Of a DNA stretch of 48,346 bases, positions 17,083 to 27,483 are shown in pieces. The notes under the pieces are model-generated. The model had not been told where the DNA came from. It made no database searches and worked only from the letters and a program-made list of their open reading frames with translations. The DNA lies in assembly GCA_964453345.1 (NCBI GenBank), contig CAYVOC010000006.1:1-48346 (forward strand). The letters run 5' to 3'. Positions within the stretch are counted from its first letter, which is position 1. Every line of letters begins with the position of its first letter. Position numbers and translations under genes: made by a program. Source of the stretch: an uncultured Aquificales bacterium (GTDB taxonomy: Bacteria > Thermosulfidibacterota > Thermosulfidibacteria > Thermosulfidibacterales > Thermosulfidibacteraceae).

Positions 17083-18858
17083 TTGAGGACCTTCGTCCTT
17101 TTAGCCCTTCTCTTTGCAGCGTCTTTCTTGCGCTGGCATAGCAGGCTGGCATACCTTGAGTGGGTCAGGAAGGTGCACAAAGGGTATGTCAGCCTTAGCT
17201 GTTCTGTGGCTTCGGATGTGTTTTATTTCACAAACTTTGTGGATGTGGACTGTGGGGGCTATAAGGCCCGGCTCTTCTTCAAGGGCGATATCCCGCAGGT
17301 GGTTTACGGTGATCTTTTGAGTTTTTCCGGTGTGGCCTTTGTGCCATACAACTACAAGAATCCCGGAAGCTTTGATCTTGCGGACTTTATGAACCGAAAA
17401 AACATAGCCTTCTTCGTCAAGGTAAAAAGATATAGGGTTGTCCGCAAGGGCAGAGGGCTTTTTGCCCTTTTTCACAGGCTGAGGCTGAAGCTTGTGCACT
17501 TTGCCTGTCGTCTTGATGAGCCTCTGAGAGGATTTGTGGGGGCCGTTGTCCTCGGTGAGAAGGGGATGTTTAAGGAGCACTCCCGGACTCTCTACAGACT
17601 CGGTTTGGGGCATATTCTCGCCGTTAGCGGGCTTCACATGGGGGCCTTCATCTTCGTCCTATACGGTCTGTGGCTCTGGGTGTTGAGGGTGATCAACCTT
17701 TTCTGGCAGTTTCCCTACCTGTTTTTGCCAAGAAGATCCGCCCATATTCCTGTTGTTATGTTGCTTCCCCTTTTGATTGTTGTAACGGGAGGGCATCTTT
17801 CGGCTTTGAGAGCCGCCGTTATGTATGTGGTCTATGTTGTTTTCGGTGTCTTTATGGAGAGGGAGACCCCGCTTCTCTCCCTGCTTCTGGTCGCTTTGGC
17901 GCTCTTTCTGCTGGTTGATCCCGGGCAGATGGAATCCGCCGGTTTTCAGTATACCTTTCTTGCGGTTCTTGTGATAGGGCTTCTTCTCGGAAGATTCTCT
18001 CAGGCTCCTTCATGGCTTAAGGGGACTCTGCTCTCCCTGACTCTGCCCTTGGTTCTTATGCCGGTGGCAGCCTATCATTTTCACAGGATCTATCCGTTGG
18101 GCTTTCTGTTTAACGCCCTTCTTCTGCCCGTTTTCGCTATGCTGATAGCCCTTCTCTTTCCTCTGTTTTTCGCCGCTTATATTTTGGGTGGCCCGTTCCT
18201 GTGGGGTCTGAGAATTCTTAATTATCCCCTTGGAACACTGCTTGGGGTGGTTGATCTCTTTGCCCGTCTTCCCGGACTTGAGGTGATTGTGGGAAGGGTG
18301 GGATTTTGGGGAGTGGTTCTTCTTTCTCTGTCTGTTATGTGGGTGATCTTAAGAGGCAGGCTTTTGGGATTTCTTGTGGTTCTTGCCCTTTGCATGTTTC
18401 TTTTCGTCTTTCGGGATGGGAAGAGAAACAGGGTGATATTCTTTGATATGGGGAGATCCGGAGAGGCAGCCCTTGTTGTGTGCGAGGGCGAGAAGATCCT
18501 CATCAATGCTGAAGGGAAGGGCAGGGAGGGGTTTGCTGCTTTAAGGCAGGCCCTTGAGTGGGAGGGGGTGGGCAGGCTCGACAGGGTGTTGTGCCTGCTT
18601 AAAAGACAGAGGTATCTTGGCGCTGTTGTTTCACACTTTAGGGTTGATGAGCTTGAAGGATGCAGGGGGGAGTGGGAGGGAAGTTGCAGATCGGCCTCTG
18701 TTTGTGGGGTTGATTTTGTTTGCAGGCCCGAGGATTGCTCTAAGGGGCTCTGCAAGGTATTAAAGGGAGCTGTGATTGCAAAAGGAGAGAGGTTTTACCC
18801 CTATAAAGAGGGGGCTTTGAAGTTTTATCTGGGAGGGTGGGATGAAGAGAGTCCTTAG
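17083..18858 (+). CDS. comEC: ComEC/Rec2 competence protein with degenerate C-terminal domain
   Basis: NPGSFD (DUF4131), GLGHILAVSGLH, SALRA, GFQYTF, many TM helices; FFDMG begins the MBL-like region. Confidence 0.8.
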   Translation: MRTFVLLALLFAASFLRWHSRLAYLEWVRKVHKGYVSLSCSVASDVFYFTNFVDVDCGGYKARLFFKGDIPQVVYGDLLSFSGVAFVPYNYKNPGSFDLADFMNRKNIAFFVKVKRYRVVRKGRGLFALFHRLRLKLVHFACRLDEPLRGFVGAVVLGEKGMFKEHSRTLYRLGLGHILAVSGLHMGAFIFVLYGLWLWVLRVINLFWQFPYLFLPRRSAHIPVVMLLPLLIVVTGGHLSALRAAVMYVVYVVFGVFMERETPLLSLLLVALALFLLVDPGQMESAGFQYTFLAVLVIGLLLGRFSQAPSWLKGTLLSLTLPLVLMPVAAYHFHRIYPLGFLFNALLLPVFAMLIALLFPLFFAAYILGGPFLWGLRILNYPLGTLLGVVDLFARLPGLEVIVGRVGFWGVVLLSLSVMWVILRGRLLGFLVVLALCMFLFVFRDGKRNRVIFFDMGRSGEAALVVCEGEKILINAEGKGREGFAALRQALEWEGVGRLDRVLCLLKRQRYLGAVVSHFRVDELEGCRGEWEGSCRSASVCGVDFVCRPEDCSKGLCKVLKGAVIAKGERFYPYKEGALKFYLGGWDEESP

Positions 18859-19825
18859 CGGGATGAGGCCTACGGGAAGGCTGCACCTTGGAAATTATCT
18901 CGGCGCCCTCAAGAACTGGGTGGCCCTTCAGAAAGAATACGAGTGCTTTTACTTTGTGGCGGACTGGCACGCCCTTACCACCGAGTATGAGAATCCTAAA
19001 AGCATAAGGGACAACACCGTTGAGGTTGCCATAGACTGGCTTGCCGCCGGTATAGATCCGGAAAAGAGCGTTGTTTTTGTGCAGTCCTGGGTGAAGGAGC
19101 ATGCGGAGCTGCACCTTCTCTTTTCCATGTTCACCCCCGTCTCGTGGCTTGAGAGGAACCCTACCTACAAGGAGATAAGGCAGGAGCTGAAGCACAAGGA
19201 TCTGGCCACCTACGGTTTCCTCGGGTATCCGGTGCTCCAGGCTGCCGATATTCTCATATACAAGGCCCACTATGTTCCCGTGGGGGTTGATCAGCTGCCC
19301 CACCTTGAACTTACCAGAGAAATAGCCAGAAGGTTCAATCACCTATACGGCAAAATATTCCCCGAGCCCCAGGCCAAGTTGACCGAGATTCCCAAGGTTC
19401 CCGGCATTGATGGGAGGAAGATGAGCAAAAGCTACAACAACGCCATATACCTTGCTGACACTCCCGAGGAGATATGGAACAAGCTGAGGCCCATGATGAC
19501 CGATACCAACAGAAAAAGAAAGACCGATCCCGGTGATCCCGAAAGGTGCCCGGTCTATGCTCTGCATCTTGCCTTCACCCCCTCCGAAAGAAGGCTTGAG
19601 ATAGAACATGCATGTAAAACAGCGGCCTTCGGCTGTATAGACTGCAAGAGGATCCTTTACGAGCACATGATGGAGGAGTTGGGTCCCGTTATTGAGAAGA
19701 GGAGGTTCTGGGAGTCTAAGAGGGAAGAGGTGCTGGATATACTCAGGGAGGGTGCGCGCAGGGCAAGGGAGGTTGCCGTTTCAACCATGGAGGAGGTGAG
19801 GAGGGCCATGGGCTTTGATCTTTAG
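18842..19825 (+). CDS. trpS: Tryptophan--tRNA ligase
   Basis: SGMRPTGRLHLGNY, ADWHALT, YPVLQAADI, VPVGVDQ, KMSKS. Confidence 0.97.
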   Translation: MKRVLSGMRPTGRLHLGNYLGALKNWVALQKEYECFYFVADWHALTTEYENPKSIRDNTVEVAIDWLAAGIDPEKSVVFVQSWVKEHAELHLLFSMFTPVSWLERNPTYKEIRQELKHKDLATYGFLGYPVLQAADILIYKAHYVPVGVDQLPHLELTREIARRFNHLYGKIFPEPQAKLTEIPKVPGIDGRKMSKSYNNAIYLADTPEEIWNKLRPMMTDTNRKRKTDPGDPERCPVYALHLAFTPSERRLEIEHACKTAAFGCIDCKRILYEHMMEELGPVIEKRRFWESKREEVLDILREGARRAREVAVSTMEEVRRAMGFDL

Positions 19826-20895
19826 CCTGTGGCCTTTCCCACAAGATCCACTTCGGATCTTATGGAGTTTTCATTGGGGCTGCACAGTTCAAGGACCCTG
19901 TGGGCTTTCTCCATGAGCTTGCCGTAGGGGAGTATGCCCCTTCCCTCAACGAGGGCAAAACCGAAGGTGCTGGAGTAGCTCTTGCCTAAGTATCTCGCCT
20001 CTATGTTTGATATAACCGGCTCTATCCTCTGTATAACCCTGTGGGCGATCTTTATGCCCACGTTTCTTATCGCCACGGCGAGCAGCCCTTTATCCTTGAA
20101 ACACGTGACGTAATCGTAGCTTCTCAGCTCGGATTTTATCGCCCTGCACAGATCGTTGAGGTATTTCACCCTTGCCTCCTCGGACAGGGCCTCTTTCATG
20201 GTGTCCCACTGATTTATCCTTATGAGCACGAGGGTGAAGTAGTTGCCGGTGTTGGCGCATCTGTCCACGAGTTTTCTTACTATGGCCTTAAACACGCTGG
20301 GCTTCATGCACTCGGTTACCTCAAGACTGATTTTTTCGGACAGTTCCTCTACCCTGTTTTCGAGGCCCTTTATCTTGGCGAGGATTCCATTTATCTCCGT
20401 TTTGAGGTTGATTTCCACATCGCTCAGGGTTTCCATGAAGGAGGCTATCTCTTCCGCCGTTAGCTGCTCCTTGGATAGAAGCTGGGACATCTTTTCAAGC
20501 AGCTCCCTTTTTGCGGATCTTATAAGCTCGGAGACCGAGGAGAGCAGTTCTTTCAGGTCCTTCACGATCATTGTGAGCAGGTGTATTTCTCTTTCCTGCT
20601 TAACCTCGGGCGAAGAGGAGAGTTCCACCTTCTCAAGCAGCTCATCAATGTAATCGTAGGTTTTGAAGAGGGTGTCGTAGGTGGGGTTCTTTATGCCCTT
20701 TCTCAAAAGATAGCAATGCACTAAAAACCACCTGTAGAAGACATCGGGCCTTGGAATTATGTTCGCCTTATTTATGAAGATAACCGTTTTGCTGAGGAGT
20801 CCCAGAAGCGTGTTTCTCTCGCCCTCGCTCAGCTCCTGGGACTCCTTCTGCAGGTATGGGCAGAGCTTGGGAAGTATCTCTTCTATTGTGCTCAC
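19822..20895 (-). CDS. Coiled-coil protein with degenerate C-terminal GGDEF-like domain
   Basis: Central coiled coil; [11 protein letters not shown]...[10 protein letters not shown]...STFGFA follows the GGDEF secondary-structure pattern but has no GG(D/E)EF. Confidence 0.65.
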   Translation of the reverse strand: MSTIEEILPKLCPYLQKESQELSEGERNTLLGLLSKTVIFINKANIIPRPDVFYRWFLVHCYLLRKGIKNPTYDTLFKTYDYIDELLEKVELSSSPEVKQEREIHLLTMIVKDLKELLSSVSELIRSAKRELLEKMSQLLSKEQLTAEEIASFMETLSDVEINLKTEINGILAKIKGLENRVEELSEKISLEVTECMKPSVFKAIVRKLVDRCANTGNYFTLVLIRINQWDTMKEALSEEARVKYLNDLCRAIKSELRSYDYVTCFKDKGLLAVAIRNVGIKIAHRVIQRIEPVISNIEARYLGKSYSSTFGFALVEGRGILPYGKLMEKAHRVLELCSPNENSIRSEVDLVGKATG

Positions 20896-21758
20896 GAGAG
20901 CCTTGCTCCCGCCATTGCCTCAAGCCTTCTGATCCTCTCCTCAATGGGAGGGTGTGTTGAGAGCAGGCTCATGATGCTATCCCCCTTCAGGGGCGAAACT
21001 ATGAACATGTGGGCGGTTCCACTGTTCACCTTCTCCATGGGATAGGCTTCAACCCCGTAGGCGAGTTTCTTAAGCGCACTTGCAAGCCACAGGGGATTGC
21101 CGCAGATCTTGGCTCCTCCCTCATCTGCGTAGTATTCCCTCGATCTTGAGATGGCCAGGTTTATCAGAACGGCGGCTATGGGGATCACAACCAGAAGTAT
21201 TATCCCCATGATTAGTCCCAAAGGATTGTTGTCTTCATCATCACCGCCCATGGCTCCCCAGAAGAGCATCCACCTTCCCCAGTCGGCCAGCATGGTTATT
21301 GCGCCCACCACGGTTGCGGCAACCGTCTGGATCAGTATGTCTCTATGCTTCACGTGGGCGAGCTCGTGGGCCAGCACGCCCATTATCTCCTCCTCGTCCA
21401 GAAGCCTCAAAAGTCCCTCTGTGACTGCAACGGCGGCGTTTTTGGGGTTTCTTCCCGTGGCGAAGGCGTTGGGGGCCTGTGTCGGGATTATGTATATCTT
21501 GGGCATGGGCAGGTTCGCCCTCTGGCATAGGGTTCTCACCATTCGGTAGAGTTCCGGTGCCTCGGCCTCTGATACGGGCCTTGCCCCATACATGGCAAGC
21601 ACGATCTTGTCGCTGAACCAGTAGGCTATAAAGTTCATGACAACTGCAAATCCGAAGGCGATAACCATTCCCGTCTGTCCACCCACCACCCTTCCGAGGA
21701 TCACAAAGAGCACGGTCAGAACCGCAAGCAGAAAGAAGGTTCTTATCTGGGCGCTCAT
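20892..21758 (-). CDS. htpX: Zinc metalloprotease HtpX
   Basis: [33 protein letters not shown]. Confidence 0.96.
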   Translation of the reverse strand: MSAQIRTFFLLAVLTVLFVILGRVVGGQTGMVIAFGFAVVMNFIAYWFSDKIVLAMYGARPVSEAEAPELYRMVRTLCQRANLPMPKIYIIPTQAPNAFATGRNPKNAAVAVTEGLLRLLDEEEIMGVLAHELAHVKHRDILIQTVAATVVGAITMLADWGRWMLFWGAMGGDDEDNNPLGLIMGIILLVVIPIAAVLINLAISRSREYYADEGGAKICGNPLWLASALKKLAYGVEAYPMEKVNSGTAHMFIVSPLKGDSIMSLLSTHPPIEERIRRLEAMAGARLS

Positions 21759-21780
21759 TGCGGTGCACCTCCTTGGGTTT

Positions 21781-22977
21781 TTATTTCTCTAATAGGTCCT
21801 CGGGGGCGGGTGTCAAGCTCACGGCTCCTTGGTTGGTTATCAGATAGGTGTTTTCTAACCCAACCGCTCCCAGATCGGGGAACAGAAACTTGGGTTCGAC
21901 GGCTATGACCATGTTCTCTTCAAGCTCCATATCCAGCCCCTTAGCGAGGAAGGGAAAGTCGTTTATCTCCGTTCCCACACCGTGTCCTATGAAGTTGACC
22001 CTGTTTCCTGGGTATCCCATGAAGTTCTCCCCGTAGGGGCTGTTTTCAGCTATTTTCAGCGCCTCTTCGTAAACCCGAAGGGTGCTGGCGCCCGCCTTCA
22101 GGTTCTCCTTCAGATAGGCGTGTATCTCCTGCACGACCCTGTAGGCTCCCTTCAGTTTCTCAGGGATGGGGGCAAGCCCGAAGGTTCTGGTCATGTCCAC
22201 CAGATAGCCCATTCTTGTCCCGAAGAAGTCGAAGAGCACGGTTTCTCCCCTCTCTATCTTCTTGAAGCTCGGGCCTGTGGGCATGGCCGGGGATATGCCT
22301 ATCCCGTTGAGGGGAGCGTTCATGTAGCTGGGAACGGCCGCAGCCACTCCCGAAAGTATGTGTCCTACAAAACCATCCATCCTCCCTCCCCTCATCACCT
22401 CTCCGTATTCGTGCCCTCTCTTTCTCAACTCGGCCATGGCCATAGCGTTCAGCTCAAGCTCTGTCATTCCTTCCTCCAGCGCTTCGAAGGTCTTGAGGTA
22501 GGCGTCCTTCAGCATCTCTCCGCATTTCTTAAGCACCTCTATCTCCCACTGGGATTTGACGGCCTTCTGCTTTCTTACAAGGCCGCTTGCATCCACAATC
22601 TCGGTTTCCGGCAGCATCTTTTTAAGCCGGTTGAATAGATTCAGGGTTATCAGATCAAGCTCGGTGGCCATGGCTTTGGGAGTCCCTGCGGCTTCTGCGA
22701 TCTTCTCCCCAAGCTGCTTTGCCCCCTTTATGGGAACAACCTCAAAGGGGGTTTCCCACCGGGCCCTTTCCGCATGTTTTATGACAAAAAAGACGGGCTC
22801 TTTGTCTTTCGGGATCAGCAAAAAGCCCTCCTGCTTGCTTCCGCAGTAGTAGTATATGTCGGGTGGATGGAAGAGCAGGGCGCAGTCCGCCTGAAGCATC
22901 CTTTGGAACTTGGCCACCCTGCTTCTAAGCTCTTCCTCCGGAACCCTGCTGGTGTAGCGCTCAAGGATCTCCTTCAT
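21781..22977 (-). CDS. M24-family Xaa-Pro peptidase
   Basis: Creatinase-like N-domain; DF, DMTRT, GHGVG, AVEPK, GLENT metal ligands. Confidence 0.88.
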   Translation of the reverse strand: MKEILERYTSRVPEEELRSRVAKFQRMLQADCALLFHPPDIYYYCGSKQEGFLLIPKDKEPVFFVIKHAERARWETPFEVVPIKGAKQLGEKIAEAAGTPKAMATELDLITLNLFNRLKKMLPETEIVDASGLVRKQKAVKSQWEIEVLKKCGEMLKDAYLKTFEALEEGMTELELNAMAMAELRKRGHEYGEVMRGGRMDGFVGHILSGVAAAVPSYMNAPLNGIGISPAMPTGPSFKKIERGETVLFDFFGTRMGYLVDMTRTFGLAPIPEKLKGAYRVVQEIHAYLKENLKAGASTLRVYEEALKIAENSPYGENFMGYPGNRVNFIGHGVGTEINDFPFLAKGLDMELEENMVIAVEPKFLFPDLGAVGLENTYLITNQGAVSLTPAPEDLLEK

Positions 22978-23028
22978 TTCAACACCTCCTTGTTGCTTTG
23001 GCCTTTTTGGGATATTTTGCTCTCTGCC

Positions 23029-23961
23029 ATGGTAATATACAGCAAAATTTCACAAATAGAAAGGGTTTTACAAATAGAGGAGGCTCTTCTTGAGGAGGCC
23101 GCCGAGGTTGAGAGTTTTTTCCCTTTTAGGTGCACCTCCTATTATGCAAACCTCGTTAGGGAATGCGATTTCAGCGATCCGGTGTTTTCCCAGATTTTCC
23201 CGAGGAGGGAGGAGCTCGACTTTGATTCCACCCTTGATCCCTTTTGCGAGGAAGGCTCCACGGAGCATCCCTGCCTCGTGAGGAGGTATCCCAACAGGCT
23301 GCTTGTGATCACAACCAATGTCTGTTTTGTCCACTGCAGGTTCTGCATGAGAAAGAGAAAGTGGCTGGATCCCCCCTTTCTTTTTGAGGATGTGGGAACT
23401 CTTGTGGATTTCCTGCGGAGGCATCCCGAGGTGGAGGATGTTATTCTGTCTGGCGGTGATCCCATGACGCTTCCTGATGCCCTTCTGAATGAGCTGCTTT
23501 CCGCCGTTAGATCCGTTGATACGGTTAAAATTATACGCATAGGAACCAGGGCTCCGGTTGTGGCACCTGAGGCTGTTTTAAAAAAGATCCGTGTGATAGA
23601 GAGGTTTGCTCCGGTGTGGATAAACACCCACTTCAACCACCCACGGGAGCTGACCGATGAGGCGGCGGAGGCGATTCTCGCCCTCATAAGATCCGGTGCC
23701 CCTGTGAACAACCAGACGGTGCTTCTGAAGGGTGTGAACGACGATTACCATGTGCTGAAGGAGCTTTTTGTGGGGCTTCTGTCCATGGGGGTTAAACCCT
23801 ACTATCTTTTCTCCTGCGATCCCGTTGGTGGGGTGAGGCACTTCTTTGTTCCGTGGGAAAAGGGGCTTGGGTTTGTGGAGCGCTTGAGGCGGGAGGCCTC
23901 GGGCATGGCGGTTCCCCATTACGCTGTGGATGGGCCGGATGGCAAAAGGATCATCCCGTGA
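23029..23961 (+). CDS. KamA-family radical SAM protein (lysine 2,3-aminomutase/EpmB-like)
   Basis: [48 protein letters not shown]; start placed at ATG 23029. Confidence 0.88.
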   Translation: MVIYSKISQIERVLQIEEALLEEAAEVESFFPFRCTSYYANLVRECDFSDPVFSQIFPRREELDFDSTLDPFCEEGSTEHPCLVRRYPNRLLVITTNVCFVHCRFCMRKRKWLDPPFLFEDVGTLVDFLRRHPEVEDVILSGGDPMTLPDALLNELLSAVRSVDTVKIIRIGTRAPVVAPEAVLKKIRVIERFAPVWINTHFNHPRELTDEAAEAILALIRSGAPVNNQTVLLKGVNDDYHVLKELFVGLLSMGVKPYYLFSCDPVGGVRHFFVPWEKGLGFVERLRREASGMAVPHYAVDGPDGKRIIP

Positions 23962-24712
23962 AAGGCTTGATAAGTTGCTGGTTGACAGGGGCCTTGTGGA
24001 GAGCAGGGAGAAGGCAAAGGCCCTCATCATGGCCGGAAGGGTTCTCGTTGACGGAAAGAAGATCACGAAGGCGGGAACGAAGGTGAGGGTAGATGCCTCT
24101 CTACAGGTGGAGGAGGATCTTCCCTACGTCTCCAGGGGAGGGTTGAAGCTTGAGAAGGCCCTCGACTATTTCAAAATAGATGTTTCGGGGCTTGTCTGTG
24201 TAGATGTAGGGGCATCCACAGGTGGTTTTACAGACTGTCTTTTGCAAAAGGGAGCCAAGAGAGTCTATGCTATTGATGTCGGCTATGGTCAGCTCCACTG
24301 GAGGTTGAGGAACGATCCGAGGGTTGTCAATATAGAGAAGACCAATATAAGATACATGCCGCGGGAAAGGATTCCTGAGAAGGTGGACTTTGTCTGCGTG
24401 GATGTCTCCTTTATATCCCTTGAGAAGGTTCTGCCGAAGGTGAAGGAGCTTCTGCACCCTTCCGGGGTGGCTGTCTGCCTTGTTAAGCCCCAGTTTGAGG
24501 TGGGTCCGGAAAGGGTTTCAAGAGGGGGGATTGTCAGGGAGGAGAGATACAGGCTTGAGGCGGTTGACAGGGTGAAGAGGTGCGCCGAGTCCCTTGGATT
24601 CAAGGTTATCGGGGTGGTGGAGTCCCCGATAAAGGGGGCGAAGGGAAATGTGGAGTATCTTATGGCAATGGTGCTTGAGGGAGGTGAAAATGAAGAAATT
24701 GAGTCTTGTTAA
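23939..24712 (+). CDS. tlyA: TlyA-family rRNA 2'-O-methyltransferase
   Basis: S4 domain (RLDKLL...SREKA), YVSRGGLKL, DVGASTGGFTD, DVSFISL, LVKPQFE, GNVEYL. Confidence 0.95.
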   Translation: MAKGSSRERLDKLLVDRGLVESREKAKALIMAGRVLVDGKKITKAGTKVRVDASLQVEEDLPYVSRGGLKLEKALDYFKIDVSGLVCVDVGASTGGFTDCLLQKGAKRVYAIDVGYGQLHWRLRNDPRVVNIEKTNIRYMPRERIPEKVDFVCVDVSFISLEKVLPKVKELLHPSGVAVCLVKPQFEVGPERVSRGGIVREERYRLEAVDRVKRCAESLGFKVIGVVESPIKGAKGNVEYLMAMVLEGGENEEIESC

Positions 24713-24983
24713 AGACAGGTTGCTGAATCTTCGGGATGTTGTGAAATCTAAGTATAAAGCAGATATTGTCGGTATATTTGGTTCGGTTTCTCGGGGTGAA
24801 GAAACTGAGGATAGCGACGTTGATGTTTTGGTGAAATTCCATGAGAGAGCCACTTTGTTTGATATGGTTGGTCTTTCTCTATTCCTTGAGGAGAATCTTG
24901 GAATGAGGGTTGATGTTGTTCCCTATGATGCTGTTAGAGAGGAGTTAAAGGAAGAAATTTTTAGGGAGGTGGTAAAATTGTGA
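24690..24983 (+). CDS. Minimal nucleotidyltransferase (MNT/MntA-type antitoxin)
   Basis: FGSVSRGEETEDSDVD (GSx10DxD), VDVV; SD GGAGG before ATG 24690. Confidence 0.9.
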   Translation: MKKLSLVKDRLLNLRDVVKSKYKADIVGIFGSVSRGEETEDSDVDVLVKFHERATLFDMVGLSLFLEENLGMRVDVVPYDAVREELKEEIFREVVKL

Positions 24984-25330
24984 GTAAGAAAAGGGATGTT
25001 AAGTTGTATATTATGGACATTCTTTCAGCGATAGAATCTATAGAAAGTTTTGTTGAAGGTATGTCTTATGAGGATTTTAGGAAAGACGATAAGACTCTCA
25101 GCGCTGTTATAAGAAAGTTTGAAATTATGGGGGAAGCAGCTAAAAACGTGCCAAGAGATGTTAGGGAGAAATATAAACACATACCTTGGAAAGAAATGGC
25201 TGCTTTTAGGGATAAATTGATACACTTTTATTTTGGTATAAAATCTGAACTTGTCTGGAACACTATAAAATTGGATTTGCCAAGGTTGAAAAAGGAAGTT
25301 AAGAGAGTGTTGAAAGATTGGGATGGCTAA
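24980..25330 (+). CDS. HEPN (DUF86/HepT-type) RNase toxin
   Basis: EIMGEA, IPW, RDKLIHFY (Rx4HxY), VW; GTGA overlap with the MNT gene. Confidence 0.9.
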   Translation: MSKKRDVKLYIMDILSAIESIESFVEGMSYEDFRKDDKTLSAVIRKFEIMGEAAKNVPRDVREKYKHIPWKEMAAFRDKLIHFYFGIKSELVWNTIKLDLPRLKKEVKRVLKDWDG

Positions 25331-26363
25331 GGTGTTGGAGATCCTCCGTGTGGCGGCTCTTCTGGCGGCGGAGATGGTGGGGGGAGTTGCCGTTGTGGGA
25401 GTGGCTCAGGAGGCTTCAAGGTATGGTTTTGGTGCCCTGTTTTTCAGCATTGGTTTTTCTTTGGCCCTTGTTGCAGGTGCCTTGGCCCACAGATTCGTTT
25501 TTGAGCCTGCAGGGACCTACTTTGTGCCCGAGGCTGTGTCCCGCCTGATATGTAGAAGCCTCGAGTTGCCTTCGGCTTTTCTACTTATCGCGGTTTATGT
25601 GGGAGTGTTGGCGGTGGAGCTTGCAGCTTCCTCCTCAATATTGATGAAGGCGGCAGATTTATCCCGATACCTTTCTCTGGTGGTTGCCATGGCGGTTATT
25701 GCTGCTCCCGCCATGGGAGGTTTCAGGGCAACCTCCTTATGGAACCTTGGCCTGCTGTTAATCCTTATCCTTTCCCTTGGTCTCTGTTTCACTAAATCTT
25801 TGGATACCTTAACATTCAACTTTTCCCTTCCTGAGATCAGGATCCTTGGAATGTGGCTTGTTCTCAATCCCCTGTCCTTTGTGGCCTCTCAGCCTCTTGT
25901 TCAGTCGTGTAAGTGGGCCGAGAAAAGGGGATATCTTATGACAGCGGTTTTTCTTGCTGCCCCTGTTGTGGTTCTTGTAGGGTTTCTTTCGGCTTCTGTG
26001 GTGGTGGCAACTGGAGCGTGTTGCGGAAGGGCCACCTTCGCCATCGCTGCCCAAGGGTTGGGAGGAGCCTGTGGGCTTCTTGCCCCCTGGGCTGTGCTGA
26101 TTGCCATTGTTACAACTGCTCCTGCTGTCCTTATAGGGGCATCGAGTTTGGTCGCCTATGTGTTTAAAAGGAAGGGGGATCCATCGGGGAAGGATGCGGC
26201 AAGATCCTTTGGAATCCCCCTTCTTGTGATGGCCGCCCTTCTCTCTTTTTGTGTTAAGTCCGTTGCCATGGCCCTTTCCTACACCCTTTCTTTAAGGGCC
26301 CTTCTGGCTCTATCTCTGATAGTGGCTGCTTTTAGAAGAGGAACCTGCCGTCCTTGTAAATGA
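25323..26363 (+). CDS. Polytopic membrane protein, probably a divergent sodium:solute symporter/APC-type transporter
   Basis: About 10 hydrophobic segments; VGG...GVAQ.A..YG, T.PE and GGFRA patterns resemble the SSS family; short for that family. Confidence 0.55.
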   Translation: MAKVLEILRVAALLAAEMVGGVAVVGVAQEASRYGFGALFFSIGFSLALVAGALAHRFVFEPAGTYFVPEAVSRLICRSLELPSAFLLIAVYVGVLAVELAASSSILMKAADLSRYLSLVVAMAVIAAPAMGGFRATSLWNLGLLLILILSLGLCFTKSLDTLTFNFSLPEIRILGMWLVLNPLSFVASQPLVQSCKWAEKRGYLMTAVFLAAPVVVLVGFLSASVVVATGACCGRATFAIAAQGLGGACGLLAPWAVLIAIVTTAPAVLIGASSLVAYVFKRKGDPSGKDAARSFGIPLLVMAALLSFCVKSVAMALSYTLSLRALLALSLIVAAFRRGTCRPCK

Positions 26364-27429
26364 GCTGACCGTCGGCGTAAACCTCTCCCTCCTTCATGTC
26401 CTTGATGAAGTCCCAGTGGAGTCCTGATTTGTTCTTGCCCCCGGTTTCCGGGTAGCTTGCGCCGGCTGCCATGTGTATGGTTCCGCCTATCTTCTCATCA
26501 AAGAGTATGTCCTTGGTGAAGACCTTTATGCCTTCGTTTAGCCCGAAGGCCACCTCTCCCAGGTAACGAGATCCCTCATCTGTATCAAGCATCTTGTTCA
26601 AAAAGTCCTCTCCCTTTTCGGCAGTGGCCTTAACGATTTTGCCCCTTTCGAAGAAGAGTCTAACCCCGATCACCTCCACTCCTGAGTATACGGCGGGGAA
26701 GTCGAAGTATATGTGCCCTTCAGCGCTGTCCTCAATGGGTGAGGTGAAGACCTCGCCGTCGGGCATGTTTCTGTCGCCTTTGCAGTTTATCCACTTTCTG
26801 CCTTCAACCTTCAGCCTGAGATCTGTATCTTTGCCCACAAAGCGCAGCTCCTTGACTCCGGAGAGTCTCTCCACGATTCTCTGCTGTCTTTCGGCCACGC
26901 CCTTCCAGTAGGCGATGGGATCCTCGTGATTTAGACCGCATGCCTCATACACAAACTCCGCAAACTCCTCCGTTGACATCTCGGCATCCTGGGCAAGGCC
27001 ACATGTGGGGTATGCGGTTAGCACCCACCTGAATTCTCCCTTAAGCTCCCTCTCGTCAAGGATATCCCTGATGGGTCTGTAGGCGGCCCTGGCTATGGCC
27101 ATCTTTTTATGATCAACCCTGCTCAGCTCCTTGGTGTTGGATTCACCTATTATAGAGATGAGTCCGTTTATGGTTTTGGCGGTTGTCCGTTCAATATCGC
27201 TGATGAATTTGAGCTGCTCCTCTGTTGCCAGCCTGTAGTAGGTGTAGGCTTGTCCCTCAAAGGACAACCTCACCACGGGATGGGCGCCCCTTTTTAGCAC
27301 CTCTTCAAAACAGGCCTTGACTAAGGGCTGGGTCTCCACGGTCCCCCTTATCAGCACCACATCTCCCTTCTTTACTTCAATTGAGTAGTCAACCAGGAGC
27401 CTTGCCCATTTTCTTATCCTGGGATCCAT
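26332..27429 (-). CDS. M29-family aminopeptidase (AmpS/AmpT-like)
   Basis: [39 protein letters not shown]. Confidence 0.93.
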   Translation of the reverse strand: MDPRIRKWARLLVDYSIEVKKGDVVLIRGTVETQPLVKACFEEVLKRGAHPVVRLSFEGQAYTYYRLATEEQLKFISDIERTTAKTINGLISIIGESNTKELSRVDHKKMAIARAAYRPIRDILDERELKGEFRWVLTAYPTCGLAQDAEMSTEEFAEFVYEACGLNHEDPIAYWKGVAERQQRIVERLSGVKELRFVGKDTDLRLKVEGRKWINCKGDRNMPDGEVFTSPIEDSAEGHIYFDFPAVYSGVEVIGVRLFFERGKIVKATAEKGEDFLNKMLDTDEGSRYLGEVAFGLNEGIKVFTKDILFDEKIGGTIHMAAGASYPETGGKNKSGLHWDFIKDMKEGEVYADGQLIYKDGRFLF

Positions 27430-27483
27430 TTTTTCACCTCCTCCTTTTTGGTAGACAATATAAAAATACCCAAGGGGTGGAAT

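Noticed and set aside
27430-27483. preQ1 riboswitch upstream of queC
   Set aside because: The intergenic gap is only 54 nt, is shared with a divergent gene, and shows no recognisable preQ1 stem plus A-rich tail.
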